64,000 nucleotides of DNA from Spirochaetia bacterium. Its GTDB lineage: Bacteria; Spirochaetota; Spirochaetia; SZUA-6; Bin103. Of the stretch, positions 18,407 to 28,258 are shown in pieces. Both the position numbers and the translations under genes were made by a program. The notes under the pieces are model-generated. The model worked only from the letters and a program-made list of their open reading frames with translations. It had not been told where the DNA came from and searched no databases. The DNA is taken from positions 4,288,001 to 4,352,000 of the forward strand of contig CBDBDQ010000005.1 of NCBI GenBank assembly GCA_965203905.1, read 5' to 3'. The stretch's first letter is position 1; each line of letters starts with the position of its first letter.

Positions 18407-20178
18407 GCGTCCGTCAGTCGATGCCGGACATGCCGCGCGCGGGCCGCGTGGCCGACGCGTTCCGCGGGCACAAGGTACTGATCGGGCTGTCGGCGGCCAG
18501 CGGCCTGCTCTTCGCGGCCACCACGCTGATTCCCCCGCTTTACGTGCGCCGCCTGATCGCCGCCATCACCGGCGCATCCGCCGGGGGCGGGGCGGACGGT
18601 GTCTCCCTGGTCGTGGTGATCGCCGTGCTGGTGGGCGTGTTCCTGCTGCGCGGCGCCGCCCGCTACCTGTACGGCATGACCTCCCACCAGGCCGCCTACG
18701 CGCTGCTGGCCGACCTGCTGCAACGGGTGTACCGCCATCTTCAGGGGCTCTCCCATCGCTTCTTCGCCGGCAGCCGCACCGGCACCCTGATCGCGCGCTC
18801 GGTGAGCGACGTGGAGGCGCTGGAGGACTTCGTCGCGCACGGCGTCCCGGAGCTGGTGCAGGCGGTGGCCATCCCGCTGGCGATGATCGTGGTGCTGTTG
18901 GTCATCGATCCGCTGCTCACCCTGGTCGTGCTCAGCCCGCTGCCGGTCGCGGCGCTGGTCATCTTTCTGCTGACCCGCAATATCCGTGCACAGTGGCGCA
19001 GCGTGCGGCAGCGTTACGCGGAGGTGGTGGCGCTGGTGGAGGACAGCCTGCAGGGTATGAGTGAGATCAAGTCGTTCACCCGCGAGCCGGAGCAGGCACG
19101 GCGCATCGCCCGGCTGGCCGGCGAATACCGCGACGACATCATCCGTGCCACCCACCGTTCGCTGCTGCCCTCCGGGATCGTGGAGATGACCGGTGGTCTG
19201 GGCGTGATCCTGGCGGTGGGCGCGGGTGGCGCCGCCGCTCTCGGCGGCGGGTTGCAGGTGGCCGACCTGTACCTGTTCCTGGCCTATCTGACCTTCATCT
19301 ACCAGCCGTTTCTGAAGCTTGCGGATATCGGTGAGGTGCTGTTTCGCGCCCTGGCCAGCTACCGGCGTGTCGACGAGCTGCTGACCATCCAGGCGGACAT
19401 CGTCAGTCCGCCGAACGCACTGGTGCCGGTCTCCTGCTCCGGCTCGGTGGAGTTGGACGAGGTCACGTTCTGCTACCGGCCCGGTGAGCCGGTGCTGCAC
19501 CGGCTCGGCCTCACCGTGCAGCCGGGCGAGGTGGTCTCCCTGGCCGGACCGACGGGCGCCGGCAAGACCACGGTTACGCGGCTGGTGCCGCGCTTCTACG
19601 ACCCCGACGCCGGCCGCGTGCTGGTCGGCGGCCACGACGTGCGCACCCTGGATCTGGGGTGGCTGCGCCGCCAGGTGGCGGTGGTGAGCCAGGACGTGTT
19701 CCTGTTCCACGGCAGCGTGAGAGACAACATCCTGTTCGGCCGCCCCGACGCCGGCGCCGCCGCCGTCCACGGGGCCGCCCGCGCGGCCAACGCCGAGGAG
19801 TTCATCCGCGAACTGCCGGACGGCTACGACACCGTGGTGGGCGACCGCGGCGTGCGCCTGTCCGGCGGCCAGCGCCAGCGCGTGGCGATCGCCCGCGCCC
19901 TGCTCAAGGACGCGCCGATCCTGATCCTCGACGAGGCCACCTCATCGGTGGACGCCGAGACCGAAGAGCTGATCCAGCAGGCGATGGGCCGGCTGCTTGC
20001 CGGGCGCACCGCCCTGGTGATCGCCCACCGCCGCTCCACCATCGAACGCGCCGACCGGGTAGTGGTACTGGAAGCGGGCCGGGTCATCGAGAGCGGCACC
20101 GCCGCCGAGCTGCTGGCGTCGGCCGGGCGCTACCGAAGTTTGATGGAAGCGCAACTTGAGCCCGCTGTCGCCAGATGA
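18403..20178 (+). CDS. ABC exporter, fused TMD + ATPase (MsbA/MdlB-like)
   Basis: N-terminal TM domain, [28 protein letters not shown]. Confidence 0.92.
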   Translation: MSVRQSMPDMPRAGRVADAFRGHKVLIGLSAASGLLFAATTLIPPLYVRRLIAAITGASAGGGADGVSLVVVIAVLVGVFLLRGAARYLYGMTSHQAAYALLADLLQRVYRHLQGLSHRFFAGSRTGTLIARSVSDVEALEDFVAHGVPELVQAVAIPLAMIVVLLVIDPLLTLVVLSPLPVAALVIFLLTRNIRAQWRSVRQRYAEVVALVEDSLQGMSEIKSFTREPEQARRIARLAGEYRDDIIRATHRSLLPSGIVEMTGGLGVILAVGAGGAAALGGGLQVADLYLFLAYLTFIYQPFLKLADIGEVLFRALASYRRVDELLTIQADIVSPPNALVPVSCSGSVELDEVTFCYRPGEPVLHRLGLTVQPGEVVSLAGPTGAGKTTVTRLVPRFYDPDAGRVLVGGHDVRTLDLGWLRRQVAVVSQDVFLFHGSVRDNILFGRPDAGAAAVHGAARAANAEEFIRELPDGYDTVVGDRGVRLSGGQRQRVAIARALLKDAPILILDEATSSVDAETEELIQQAMGRLLAGRTALVIAHRRSTIERADRVVVLEAGRVIESGTAAELLASAGRYRSLMEAQLEPAVAR

Positions 20179-20243
20179 CATCACAGCCGCGAGACCGGTG
20201 CCCGTCAAGTATTGCGGACGGCCTGTGGTACAAGGCCGGGACC

Positions 20244-22013
20244 CTACGCAGCGACCGTCACCTCGTCGCTGTCCGCCAGTTCCCAGCCGCGGAACACCAG
20301 CGCCAGGCCCTTGAACTCCACGTCCGGGTAGCGGCGCGCCAGCCGGTCGTCGGCAAGGTAGCGGCGCAGTTGCGCAACCGCCTCCGTCGCCTTGGTCTGC
20401 ACCTGCGCCTCCGCTTGCGGGTCGCGCCGCACGTACTTGAGTTCGATCACGAAGCCGTGACGCATGCCCGGATAGCGCTCCGGGCGCGGCACCAGCACGA
20501 TGTCCGCGTAGCCCTTCGCCAGCTCCATCTCGGTGTGGAACACGAAGTAGCCGGACGCGCTCAGGTAGGCCGCCAGGAAACCCTGCACCACCTTCTCGCC
20601 CTGCAGGTAGTCGCGGATGCCGGTGTGCTCCGCGATGGCGGCGCTGAGGCGCTCGATGGCCGGTTGCCACGCGCCCTCCAGCGCCATCTGCCGTGTGAGC
20701 CGGTCGAACTCCACCAGGTCCAGCGAAAACACGCCCACGTCGCGGTAGGCGTCCCGCAGATAGCCGTACATCAGCCGTCGCACGGTCTGGTTGGGAATGC
20801 CGAGCCGCGGCACGCCGGCCGCCACTCCGCGGATGCTCAGCAGGCCGAAGTAGTGCATCAGCGAGAGGAAGTTCTCGCGCTGGTCGAGCCGGGCCTGCGG
20901 AAAGCTGGTCGCGATCTTGCTGTCTGCCCGCCCTTCGGCGATCACGTCGCGCAGCAGGTCGAAGTTGCCGTTCAACCGGCGCCCGACTGTGAGCAGATGG
21001 CGCAGCTTGCCGTAGTCGATGCGCACGTTGTCGTCGATCAGCTCGTCCGGTCCCGGTTTGTTCGGCACGGAGTGCTTCAGGTAGTAGAGCACCATGTCGG
21101 TGTTGTAGACGACGTTCTCGGCAGCCGTCGCGAACCGGTAGCCGTCGTACCACTCCCGCATCGTATCCAGCGCGGCAGTCACGTCCTGATCGAACACGTC
21201 CAGATTCCGGTACGTGTCCAGCATGTGCCGCACCTCGTCTTCGGTGAAGCCGAGCATCTCGTTGAATTCGGGATCGAGACTCAGGTTGGAGCCGATGTTG
21301 AAGCCGCTTGTCACGTCGTCCATGGTGACCGGCGAGACGCCGGTGACGAACAGCCGTTCGACGCTGCCGTTCTCCGTGCCCGCCTTGAGGGTGGCAAAGA
21401 AGCTGCGGTAGAAGCCGCCGCCGTGGGTGAGGGCGTGGTAAGCGTCCGCCCCACGGTGTGCCAGGATCGTGTTGGCGAAGTTGTCATACTCGTCGATCAG
21501 GACGTAAAGCGGGATGCCGTGCCTGGCGGCATGCAGAAACAGCACGTTGAGCTGGTCGTTGATGGTCGGCTGCGAGCAGATGCGATGGCGTGCCGGTTCC
21601 GGGAACAACACCGGGTACGCTTCCAGCGCGTAGGTGAGCTGGACGTGACAGTAGTTCTCGAAGTTCCGCTCCAGCGTCTCCAGGGCGTTGTTGAAGGCGG
21701 AGAAGTTGAGACGCAGCACGACGTACCGGCCGCGGTTGGGCGTGGGGTTGCGGCCGATGTCGGTACCGGCGAACAGCGCCTCGAAGTCGTCGGCCTGGTT
21801 TCGGTCGTAGTAGCTCTCCATCATCGACAGCCAGCAGGTCTTGCCGAACCGTCGCGGGCGGATGAAGAACACGAACCGCTCCTGCTCCAGCGCGTGCAGG
21901 AAGCGTGTCTTGTCGACGTACAGGCAGCCCTCCCGGCGGATGCCCCTGAAGTAGGCGAGTCCGTAGGGGATTGCCGGTACGTGCGCGAGGTCGCCGGGAG
22001 CGGCAGCGGACAT
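20244..22013 (-). CDS. AAA-ATPase-like domain + C-terminal PD-(D/E)XK nuclease
   Basis: YVDKT, RPRRFGKT, LIDEYD, FVTGVSP; C-terminal E...GYADI...IELKY. Confidence 0.9.
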   Translation of the reverse strand: MSAAAPGDLAHVPAIPYGLAYFRGIRREGCLYVDKTRFLHALEQERFVFFIRPRRFGKTCWLSMMESYYDRNQADDFEALFAGTDIGRNPTPNRGRYVVLRLNFSAFNNALETLERNFENYCHVQLTYALEAYPVLFPEPARHRICSQPTINDQLNVLFLHAARHGIPLYVLIDEYDNFANTILAHRGADAYHALTHGGGFYRSFFATLKAGTENGSVERLFVTGVSPVTMDDVTSGFNIGSNLSLDPEFNEMLGFTEDEVRHMLDTYRNLDVFDQDVTAALDTMREWYDGYRFATAAENVVYNTDMVLYYLKHSVPNKPGPDELIDDNVRIDYGKLRHLLTVGRRLNGNFDLLRDVIAEGRADSKIATSFPQARLDQRENFLSLMHYFGLLSIRGVAAGVPRLGIPNQTVRRLMYGYLRDAYRDVGVFSLDLVEFDRLTRQMALEGAWQPAIERLSAAIAEHTGIRDYLQGEKVVQGFLAAYLSASGYFVFHTEMELAKGYADIVLVPRPERYPGMRHGFVIELKYVRRDPQAEAQVQTKATEAVAQLRRYLADDRLARRYPDVEFKGLALVFRGWELADSDEVTVAA

Positions 22014-22054
22014 GCGAGTATCCTACCAGACGAGCGCCTCGCGGTCGCTCACTC

Positions 22055-22090
22055 CGGTTGATGCCGCCGCCACGGCGGCGGCATCAACCG
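22055..22090. terminator. Perfect 17-bp inverted repeat hairpin downstream of the SBP gene
   Basis: CGGTTGATGCCGCCGCC-AC-GGCGGCGGCATCAACCG; no U-tract, so terminator or mRNA-stabilising hairpin. Confidence 0.6.
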
Positions 22091-22155
22091 AGAGGGAAGG
22101 ATTGCAGGCGACGGAGGCGAATCGTTCGCCCCCGCCGCAAATCCTCGACTTACTC

Positions 22156-23604
22156 CTACTGGTAGGCCTCGTAGGCGGCGTTCATGATTTCCAGGTACTG
22201 GGGCAGGCCGATCTTGTCGAGCTCGGCCAGGAAGTTGTTCCAGTCGTTGTCGTCGTTGATGTCCAGGCGGCCGGTCACGAACTTGGCCGCCGACTCGTAG
22301 ACGAACTCGTTGACCACCGAGCGGATCTCGGACACGGTCTTGGCGTCGTCGACGCCGAGCGCCATGCGCGGCACCCACACCTCGGGGATGTGGTCGTAGT
22401 ACACGTGCGACGAGTCGATCAGGAAGCCCTCGTAGTTGAACTCGTCGGGATCGCCGCTGGAGCCGCCGAACAGGTCGGAGGGCATGAAGAACGGCGACGA
22501 GTGGATCCACGCCTGGGTCTGCTGCGGCTCCAGGAATACCGCGTCGGCGCCCAGGTTGGTGTGCACCGCCGGCTCACCGTTGATGCCGATCTCACCGGGC
22601 TCGGCCCAGCGCCAGTCGACGCCGAACACGCCCCACCAGTTGCGCACCGACGCCTCGCGCGAATACATGAAGTCGATCCACTTGTAGATTGCGGCCGGGT
22701 TGTCGGCGTCCGTGGTGATGGCGGCGCTGTCGTGGACCTTGGGACCGGGCGGGAAGTAGCCGGCGGTCGCGTGGCCGTCCGGTCCGCGCAGTGGCGGCAC
22801 CCGGCGGAAGTCGCCGGAGCCGCCCTCGTAACCGCCGCGCCAGGCGCCCAGCATGCCGCGGTGGCCGACCGTGCCGGCGCCCACCCGCGGCGGATCGCCC
22901 TCGACCAGCGGCGCCAGCGCCGACCGGTCGCGCACGAACATCTCCTCGTCGATCAGCCCCTCGGCTAACAGGCTGTGCTCGTAGCGCATGCCCTCGCGCC
23001 ACCCGGCCTGCACGAAGGCAGCCACGATCGCGCCGTCCTGGACGTTGAGCATGTTGTTGTCGTCGGTGTACAGGAACGCGTTCAGCAGGAATGGCCAGGG
23101 GCGCGTATGCCAGCTGGTGGCGAAGCCGGACAGCGGCAGCTCGTCGGCGACCCCGTTGCCGTTGGGATTCTGGGTCTTGAAGGCGCGCAGCACCTCGCGC
23201 AGCTCCTCGGTGGTGGTGGGAATCTCCAGGCCGAGCTTGTCCAGCCACACCTGGTTGATCCACATCTTCTGCGCCACGCCGCAGTGGTAGCACTCCTCGT
23301 AGGCGGTGAGCACGTACACGTTGCCGTCCGGCCCGGCGCTCTCCTTGAGGAAGTTGGGCGCCGCCTTGACCACGTCCTTGATGAAGAAACCGTGCTCTTC
23401 GATGATGTCGTTCAGCGGGATGAACAGCCCCTGCGAGCCGTACAGGTGCTTCTCGTCGTGGGTGATGTTCATGCCCATCATCATGTCGTGCAGCTCGCCG
23501 CCGCTGTTCATGACCAGGGTGAACTTCGCCTTGGCGTCCTCGGAGCTGTTGACGGCGTCCCACTCCCAGTGGATGTTGGTCTGTTCCTCCATCCACTTGG
23601 TCAT
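22156..23604 (-). CDS. Sugar ABC substrate-binding protein (LplA-like), N-terminally truncated with no signal peptide
   Basis: WINQVWLDKLGLEIPTTTEEL..VL.AFK..NPNGNG.ADELP motif; starts mid-domain at MTKWMEEQTNI right after AGGAGGAGG. Confidence 0.75.
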   Translation of the reverse strand: MTKWMEEQTNIHWEWDAVNSSEDAKAKFTLVMNSGGELHDMMMGMNITHDEKHLYGSQGLFIPLNDIIEEHGFFIKDVVKAAPNFLKESAGPDGNVYVLTAYEECYHCGVAQKMWINQVWLDKLGLEIPTTTEELREVLRAFKTQNPNGNGVADELPLSGFATSWHTRPWPFLLNAFLYTDDNNMLNVQDGAIVAAFVQAGWREGMRYEHSLLAEGLIDEEMFVRDRSALAPLVEGDPPRVGAGTVGHRGMLGAWRGGYEGGSGDFRRVPPLRGPDGHATAGYFPPGPKVHDSAAITTDADNPAAIYKWIDFMYSREASVRNWWGVFGVDWRWAEPGEIGINGEPAVHTNLGADAVFLEPQQTQAWIHSSPFFMPSDLFGGSSGDPDEFNYEGFLIDSSHVYYDHIPEVWVPRMALGVDDAKTVSEIRSVVNEFVYESAAKFVTGRLDINDDNDWNNFLAELDKIGLPQYLEIMNAAYEAYQ

Positions 23605-23644
23605 CTCGTTGACCTCCTCCTTGAAATGTGCGGGATGGAGAGGC

Positions 23645-24484
23645 TCATCCCTTCAGCGATCCAATCAATACGCCTCTCAGGAAATACCTCTGCAAGAACG
23701 GGTAGAGCATCAGCACCGGCACGCTGGCCACCACGATCATCGCGAACTTGATCAGCTCACGGAGCTGCGCCTGGGCCGCGTCGGAGCCGGCGGCGATGGC
23801 GAACAACGTAGCGTCCATCGAGTTCACCACCAGGATGTTGCGCAGCACGATCTGTAGCGGGAACAGCCACTGATTGTTCAGATACAGGAACGCCTCGAAA
23901 AAAGAATTCCACTTGTACACCGCGTAGAACAGGGTGTTCACGGCGATGATCGCCCCGGAGATCGGCAGCACCACGTGCCAGAAAAACTGAATGTCGCTGC
24001 TGCCGTCGATCTGCGCCGCCTCCAGCAACTCCTCCGGGACGTTCACCTGGAAGAAGGTGCGGGTGATGATCACATTCCAGGCCGCCACCGCGGTGGGAAT
24101 CAGCATTGCCCAGCGGGTGTTGATCATGCCTGCGTCGCGCACCACCAGGTAGGTGGGGATGATGCCGCCGTCGAAGATCATGGTGAACACGAACAGGAAC
24201 ATGTAAATGTTGCGGCCGCGGAAGCGGCGCCGCGACACCGGATAGGCGGCGAGCAGGGTCAGCGCAGATGCCCTTGGCGCGGCGAAGTCCCGGAACGCGA
24301 TCTGGGCGCCGTACATCGGCAGGTACTTGAAGACGATGAACCAGATCACCGGCAGCGCGATGATCAGGTGCAACTGGTAATCGCGGGCCAGGTCGCGCAA
24401 CAGACGGGAGTGGCGGCGGGCACGTGCGCCGCTGGGAGCCAGTGATTCGGACGCCATCGGGGGAGCAGCGCCTACCATACCCAT
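23645..24484 (-). pseudogene. In-frame chimera of two sugar ABC permeases (LplB-like N-terminus + LplC-like C-terminus)
   Basis: YLPMYGAQIAFRDF (start of first permease) joins via AAPRASA to LAAYPVSR...GGIIPTYL...PEELLEAAQIDG...GSLKG (second permease). Confidence 0.7.
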
Positions 24485-24539
24485 GGCCGGTACGGGCGTC
24501 TAGCGTGTTGGCAGGTGTTGGCGGACGGACCGCCCGCCT

Positions 24540-25565
24540 CTATGCCCGCACTTCGCCGCGTCGTCGCATCTCGTGCTTGACCCGGCACAGGATTTCTTCC
24601 GAGAGATGCTTGAAGTCGTGGAACGCGTCCCGGGCGGCGGCCGCGTGGCTGCCGATCGCGCCGTCGGCCGGGGCCAGGGCGAAGATCGGCTTGCGAGCTT
24701 CCTGGGCAAGGGGAACAAGGCTCCGGTAGTGCTTAACCGTTGCTATGGCGTTCCCATCGTCGTCCGCTTCACTTGGCGCTGACGTTCGTTGCTCGTCCAA
24801 GACCCGCGCCGCATATTCGGCAGGCATCTGTCTCGCCCACCGGTCATATGCCTTGACCGGACGGTTCAGACGTACACCGTGCTGTTGAATGAGATAGCCA
24901 ATCGGATCCATGCGTCCCTCCGGGAGTTGGAAGGAATGGGTGTCCCAGTTGTCTCGCCGTTTCTTCCAGTCGGACCGCCAACGCCGGAGGGCGGGCCCAA
25001 GGTTGCGCAGCCCCTGGCGCGAAAACAGGTCGGCGCCGAGCGGCACGATCACGAAGTCGGTGGCGATCAGGGCAGAACGATTGATGGCTCCCAGGCTGGG
25101 GCCGACATCGACCAGAACCACCTGCGCTCCACACTGCCGGGCGCCTGACTGAATGACCTGCCAGAACGAACTGATCACGCGAAACGGCCGATACAGATTC
25201 TGGCTCCCCAGACAATTCGGCCACTCCGTGGACAGGAGATCCTCAAATCCGGACAACGCAAGATCACCCGCAAGAAAGAAGAGCTTATCCGCAATCGGAA
25301 ACAGCCTCGGATTGCGTATATCGCCGACTTCAGCGAGAGGCTGAACGCACTGGTATATGGTGTTTCCTTGATCGCCGCCATCGGTGTCCCACAGCCGTTC
25401 GAGACGGGTCTCTCCAAGAAACGCCGCAGTCAGATTGGCTTGCGGGTCGAGGTCCACAACCAGCACTGTGTGGCTTATCTGGGAGAGCATCCACGAGACG
25501 TGGTAGACCAGCGACGTCTTGCCCACTCCTCCCTTGTTGTTGAAGAACGTGAGAACTGGAGTCAT
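24540..25565 (-). CDS. ParA/Soj-like ATPase (orphan type, no parB)
   Basis: FFNNKGGVGKT deviant Walker A, VDLDPQANLT, DVGPSLGAINRSAL. Confidence 0.9.
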   Translation of the reverse strand: MTPVLTFFNNKGGVGKTSLVYHVSWMLSQISHTVLVVDLDPQANLTAAFLGETRLERLWDTDGGDQGNTIYQCVQPLAEVGDIRNPRLFPIADKLFFLAGDLALSGFEDLLSTEWPNCLGSQNLYRPFRVISSFWQVIQSGARQCGAQVVLVDVGPSLGAINRSALIATDFVIVPLGADLFSRQGLRNLGPALRRWRSDWKKRRDNWDTHSFQLPEGRMDPIGYLIQQHGVRLNRPVKAYDRWARQMPAEYAARVLDEQRTSAPSEADDDGNAIATVKHYRSLVPLAQEARKPIFALAPADGAIGSHAAAARDAFHDFKHLSEEILCRVKHEMRRRGEVRA

Positions 25566-26773
25566 GGTCCTGCCCACACCGTGCAGTTGACCCAGTTCGG
25601 CTCGACCTGGAAAATCGGCTCGCGCTGGCCATTGTCTAGCAGGTGTCGCTTTGCACTTGGTATGCCCGCGCCGTAACGCTGGACCAGACCCAATACGCGC
25701 ATCGCTTCGGCCAAGATCGGGTTGCGGTAGTCGACCAGTCCCGGTCGTCCGAAATTGGCAGCCGAAACGGCGCCGTATGGCCCCCCGGGGCTGGTGATCT
25801 CGATGCGGTCGTCGAACCAGTACACGTGAACAGGGCTGTTGGTGCCCTCGTATGTGCGATGCATGACGGCGTTGCGCGCAAGCTGTTGCAGCGCAGGCAG
25901 CGGATAGGTGGGCGTGCGAATCTCGCGCTCTGCAGAAGTAAAGTCGACGGCGGTGCGGTTGTGGGCGATGAGCTTTTCATCGAGCCGGCTGATCACACTC
26001 AGGAGCGGACCGTCGCAGCGCGCTTCGTCCGTAACCGGATCGCTCAGGTCATGTCCGGCGACGCGAAGGAACTGGACGTAGGCGCCGGGCAGGAACTCCA
26101 GAGGATTCTTTCCTATCACAAGAATGCCGGCGATCGTCGGCGTGGGGCTGGCGTCCGAGCCGATCATTTTGGTGGCAGCGAGCCGTTGCTCGAGCGTACG
26201 TTCGTTCTCCGCAAGTGTGGCGGGATCGACGGCGAGCGGCAGATATTCCTCTTCGAAGCGTCGAAGATCTAGATCTTGGATGCGTGCCGTAGGAATCGGG
26301 ATCGCATCGAAGTGCGGATCGCGATAGCGGCGCTTCTCGTTCAGAATGCGCTCATCCTGAAGGGTGGCGATGGCTCGCCGAGAACCAATTCGGATCCAGG
26401 TCCGTCCCCGGTAGCGCACGGGTGGGGAATCCGATGGCTGGACCAGCACGACCGCAACGGCCGTTTCCTTCAGAATGTGCCTTGCGACCGCGAGAGTCGG
26501 CGGCGGTACGATATTGCCGTCCGTCTTTATGTCGGCAAGCTGCCGCAACAGCCGATCGGTCACTGCGGTGCCGGACGGCTTGCCAGCGTCGTCTGCACCC
26601 ACGAAGATGACGCCCGGCCGGCTATGGTCGGGCAGGTCGTTGGCGAACGCGCACACTGCTTCCCGGATTTCGGTTGGTCCGTCGCCCTGCAATGAACGCT
26701 TGCGCTCGACGAGTTCAGACTCAAGGTCCGTCATCATCTGTTCAAGCTCGGAATCCGAATAGCGTGTTGTCAT
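25562..26773 (-). CDS. Schlafen/AlbA_2 domain + 'RecG C-terminal'/HATPase_c_4 domain protein
   Basis: ESELVERK, VCAFAN, GVIFVGADD; C-terminal NAVMHRTY, DDRIEITSPGG, RNPILAEAM, GAGI. Confidence 0.85.
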   Translation of the reverse strand: MTTRYSDSELEQMMTDLESELVERKRSLQGDGPTEIREAVCAFANDLPDHSRPGVIFVGADDAGKPSGTAVTDRLLRQLADIKTDGNIVPPPTLAVARHILKETAVAVVLVQPSDSPPVRYRGRTWIRIGSRRAIATLQDERILNEKRRYRDPHFDAIPIPTARIQDLDLRRFEEEYLPLAVDPATLAENERTLEQRLAATKMIGSDASPTPTIAGILVIGKNPLEFLPGAYVQFLRVAGHDLSDPVTDEARCDGPLLSVISRLDEKLIAHNRTAVDFTSAEREIRTPTYPLPALQQLARNAVMHRTYEGTNSPVHVYWFDDRIEITSPGGPYGAVSAANFGRPGLVDYRNPILAEAMRVLGLVQRYGAGIPSAKRHLLDNGQREPIFQVEPNWVNCTVWAGP

Positions 26774-26970
26774 CTTGTCGGCTCGGAATCCGCCGCACTC
26801 GGCGATGCGGCGAACCTGTCCTCGTGAGAATTGTGCCCTTGATGCCGTTCAACGTCCAGGAGTGCCTTGGGCACGCGGCGGAAACGGCAGAGCTCTAGCC
26901 GGCGCCGGGCGCGGGAACGCTGTCGGGCGGCGCCGCAATCGGGTAGGGTAACCGGCGAGGTATCACAAGC

Positions 26971-28185
26971 ATGCGCATCGCCGACGTCGTGACCTGGACC
27001 GTGCAGCCGCGGGGCATTCCGCTGGTGGTGGCCAAGGTGGTGACCGACCAGCCGGGGCTGCACGGCTGGGGCTGCGGCACCTTCACCCAGCGCTTCCGGG
27101 CCGTGGAGGCGGCCATCGAGCGCCACCTCAAGCCGTTCGCGATCGGCCGCGACGCCAGCGCCATCGCCGACTTCTGGCACAGCGCCATGCACAACGGCTA
27201 CTGGCGCAACGGCCCGGTGCTGAACAACGCCGTCAGCGCGCTGGAGATGGCGCTGTGGGACATCAAGGGGAAGGCCGCAGGCGTGCCTTGCTACCAGCTC
27301 TGGGGCGGTCGCAGCCGCGGCAGCGCGGCGGTCTACGTGCATGCCAACGGCAGCGAGCCGCAGCAGGTGCTGGAGGAGGCGCAGGCGCTCTGGGAGCGCG
27401 GCTTCCGCCACATCCGCTGCCAGCTCGGCGGCTACGAGGGGGTGGAGGCCGGGCGCATCGGCGCCGCCGCGGGCTCCTTCGCCGACACCGGCGGCAGCGG
27501 CTCCGCGTTCTTCGACCCGGGCGAGAAGCTGCGCCGCGTGGCGGACATGTTCGCCAGGGTACGCGCTGGCCTGCCGCCGGAAGCGGAGCTGCTGCACGAC
27601 ATCCACGAGCGCTTGGCGCCGATCGATGCCGTACGCCTGGCCAAGGAGCTGGAACCCTACCGCCTGTTCTTCCTGGAGGATCCGCTGGCGCCCGAGGACA
27701 TCGGCTACTTCCGCATGCTGCGTGCGCAGTGCGCGGTGCCGCTGGCGATGGGCGAGCTGTTCGTCCATCCGCTGGAGATCGAGCCCCTGGTAACCGGGCG
27801 CCTGTTCGACTTCGTGCGGGTGCACGTCTCCACCTACGGCGGCATCACCCCGGCGCTCAGGCTGGCCCACCTGTGCGCCGCGTTCGGCGTGCGTACGGCG
27901 TTTCATGGGCCGCGCGACGTGTCGCCCATCGGCATGGCCGCCAACGTCCACCTCGACCTGCACCTGGAGAACTTCGGCATTCAGGAGTGGGCCTTTCGCT
28001 CACCGGAGGAAGAGGAGCTGTTCCCTGGGACTCCGCAGGTGCACGCGGGAGCGGTCGATGTCAACGAACGCCCCGGATGGGGGATCGAGATGGACGAACG
28101 GCTGGCGGCACGCTTCCCCTGCGACGACGCCGCCAGCCGGCGTCCCGTACCCCGGCTGGCGGACGGAACCAGCCGCCCCTACTGA
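26971..28185 (+). CDS. Enolase-superfamily sugar-acid dehydratase (RspA/ManD-like)
   Basis: YWRNGPV, ALWDIKGK, LLHDIHER, FFLEDP, AMGELF, HGPRDVSP. Confidence 0.9.
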   Translation: MRIADVVTWTVQPRGIPLVVAKVVTDQPGLHGWGCGTFTQRFRAVEAAIERHLKPFAIGRDASAIADFWHSAMHNGYWRNGPVLNNAVSALEMALWDIKGKAAGVPCYQLWGGRSRGSAAVYVHANGSEPQQVLEEAQALWERGFRHIRCQLGGYEGVEAGRIGAAAGSFADTGGSGSAFFDPGEKLRRVADMFARVRAGLPPEAELLHDIHERLAPIDAVRLAKELEPYRLFFLEDPLAPEDIGYFRMLRAQCAVPLAMGELFVHPLEIEPLVTGRLFDFVRVHVSTYGGITPALRLAHLCAAFGVRTAFHGPRDVSPIGMAANVHLDLHLENFGIQEWAFRSPEEEELFPGTPQVHAGAVDVNERPGWGIEMDERLAARFPCDDAASRRPVPRLADGTSRPY

Positions 28186-28258
28186 ACCGAAGCCGGCCGC
28201 CAGGAGCTTGTCCGGTTCATCCGACAAAGCGACGCCGACTTGCGACGGTTTTTTGGCG

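Noticed and set aside
24540-25565. Chromosome or plasmid partition locus
   Set aside because: No parB, parS-like palindrome or rep gene nearby
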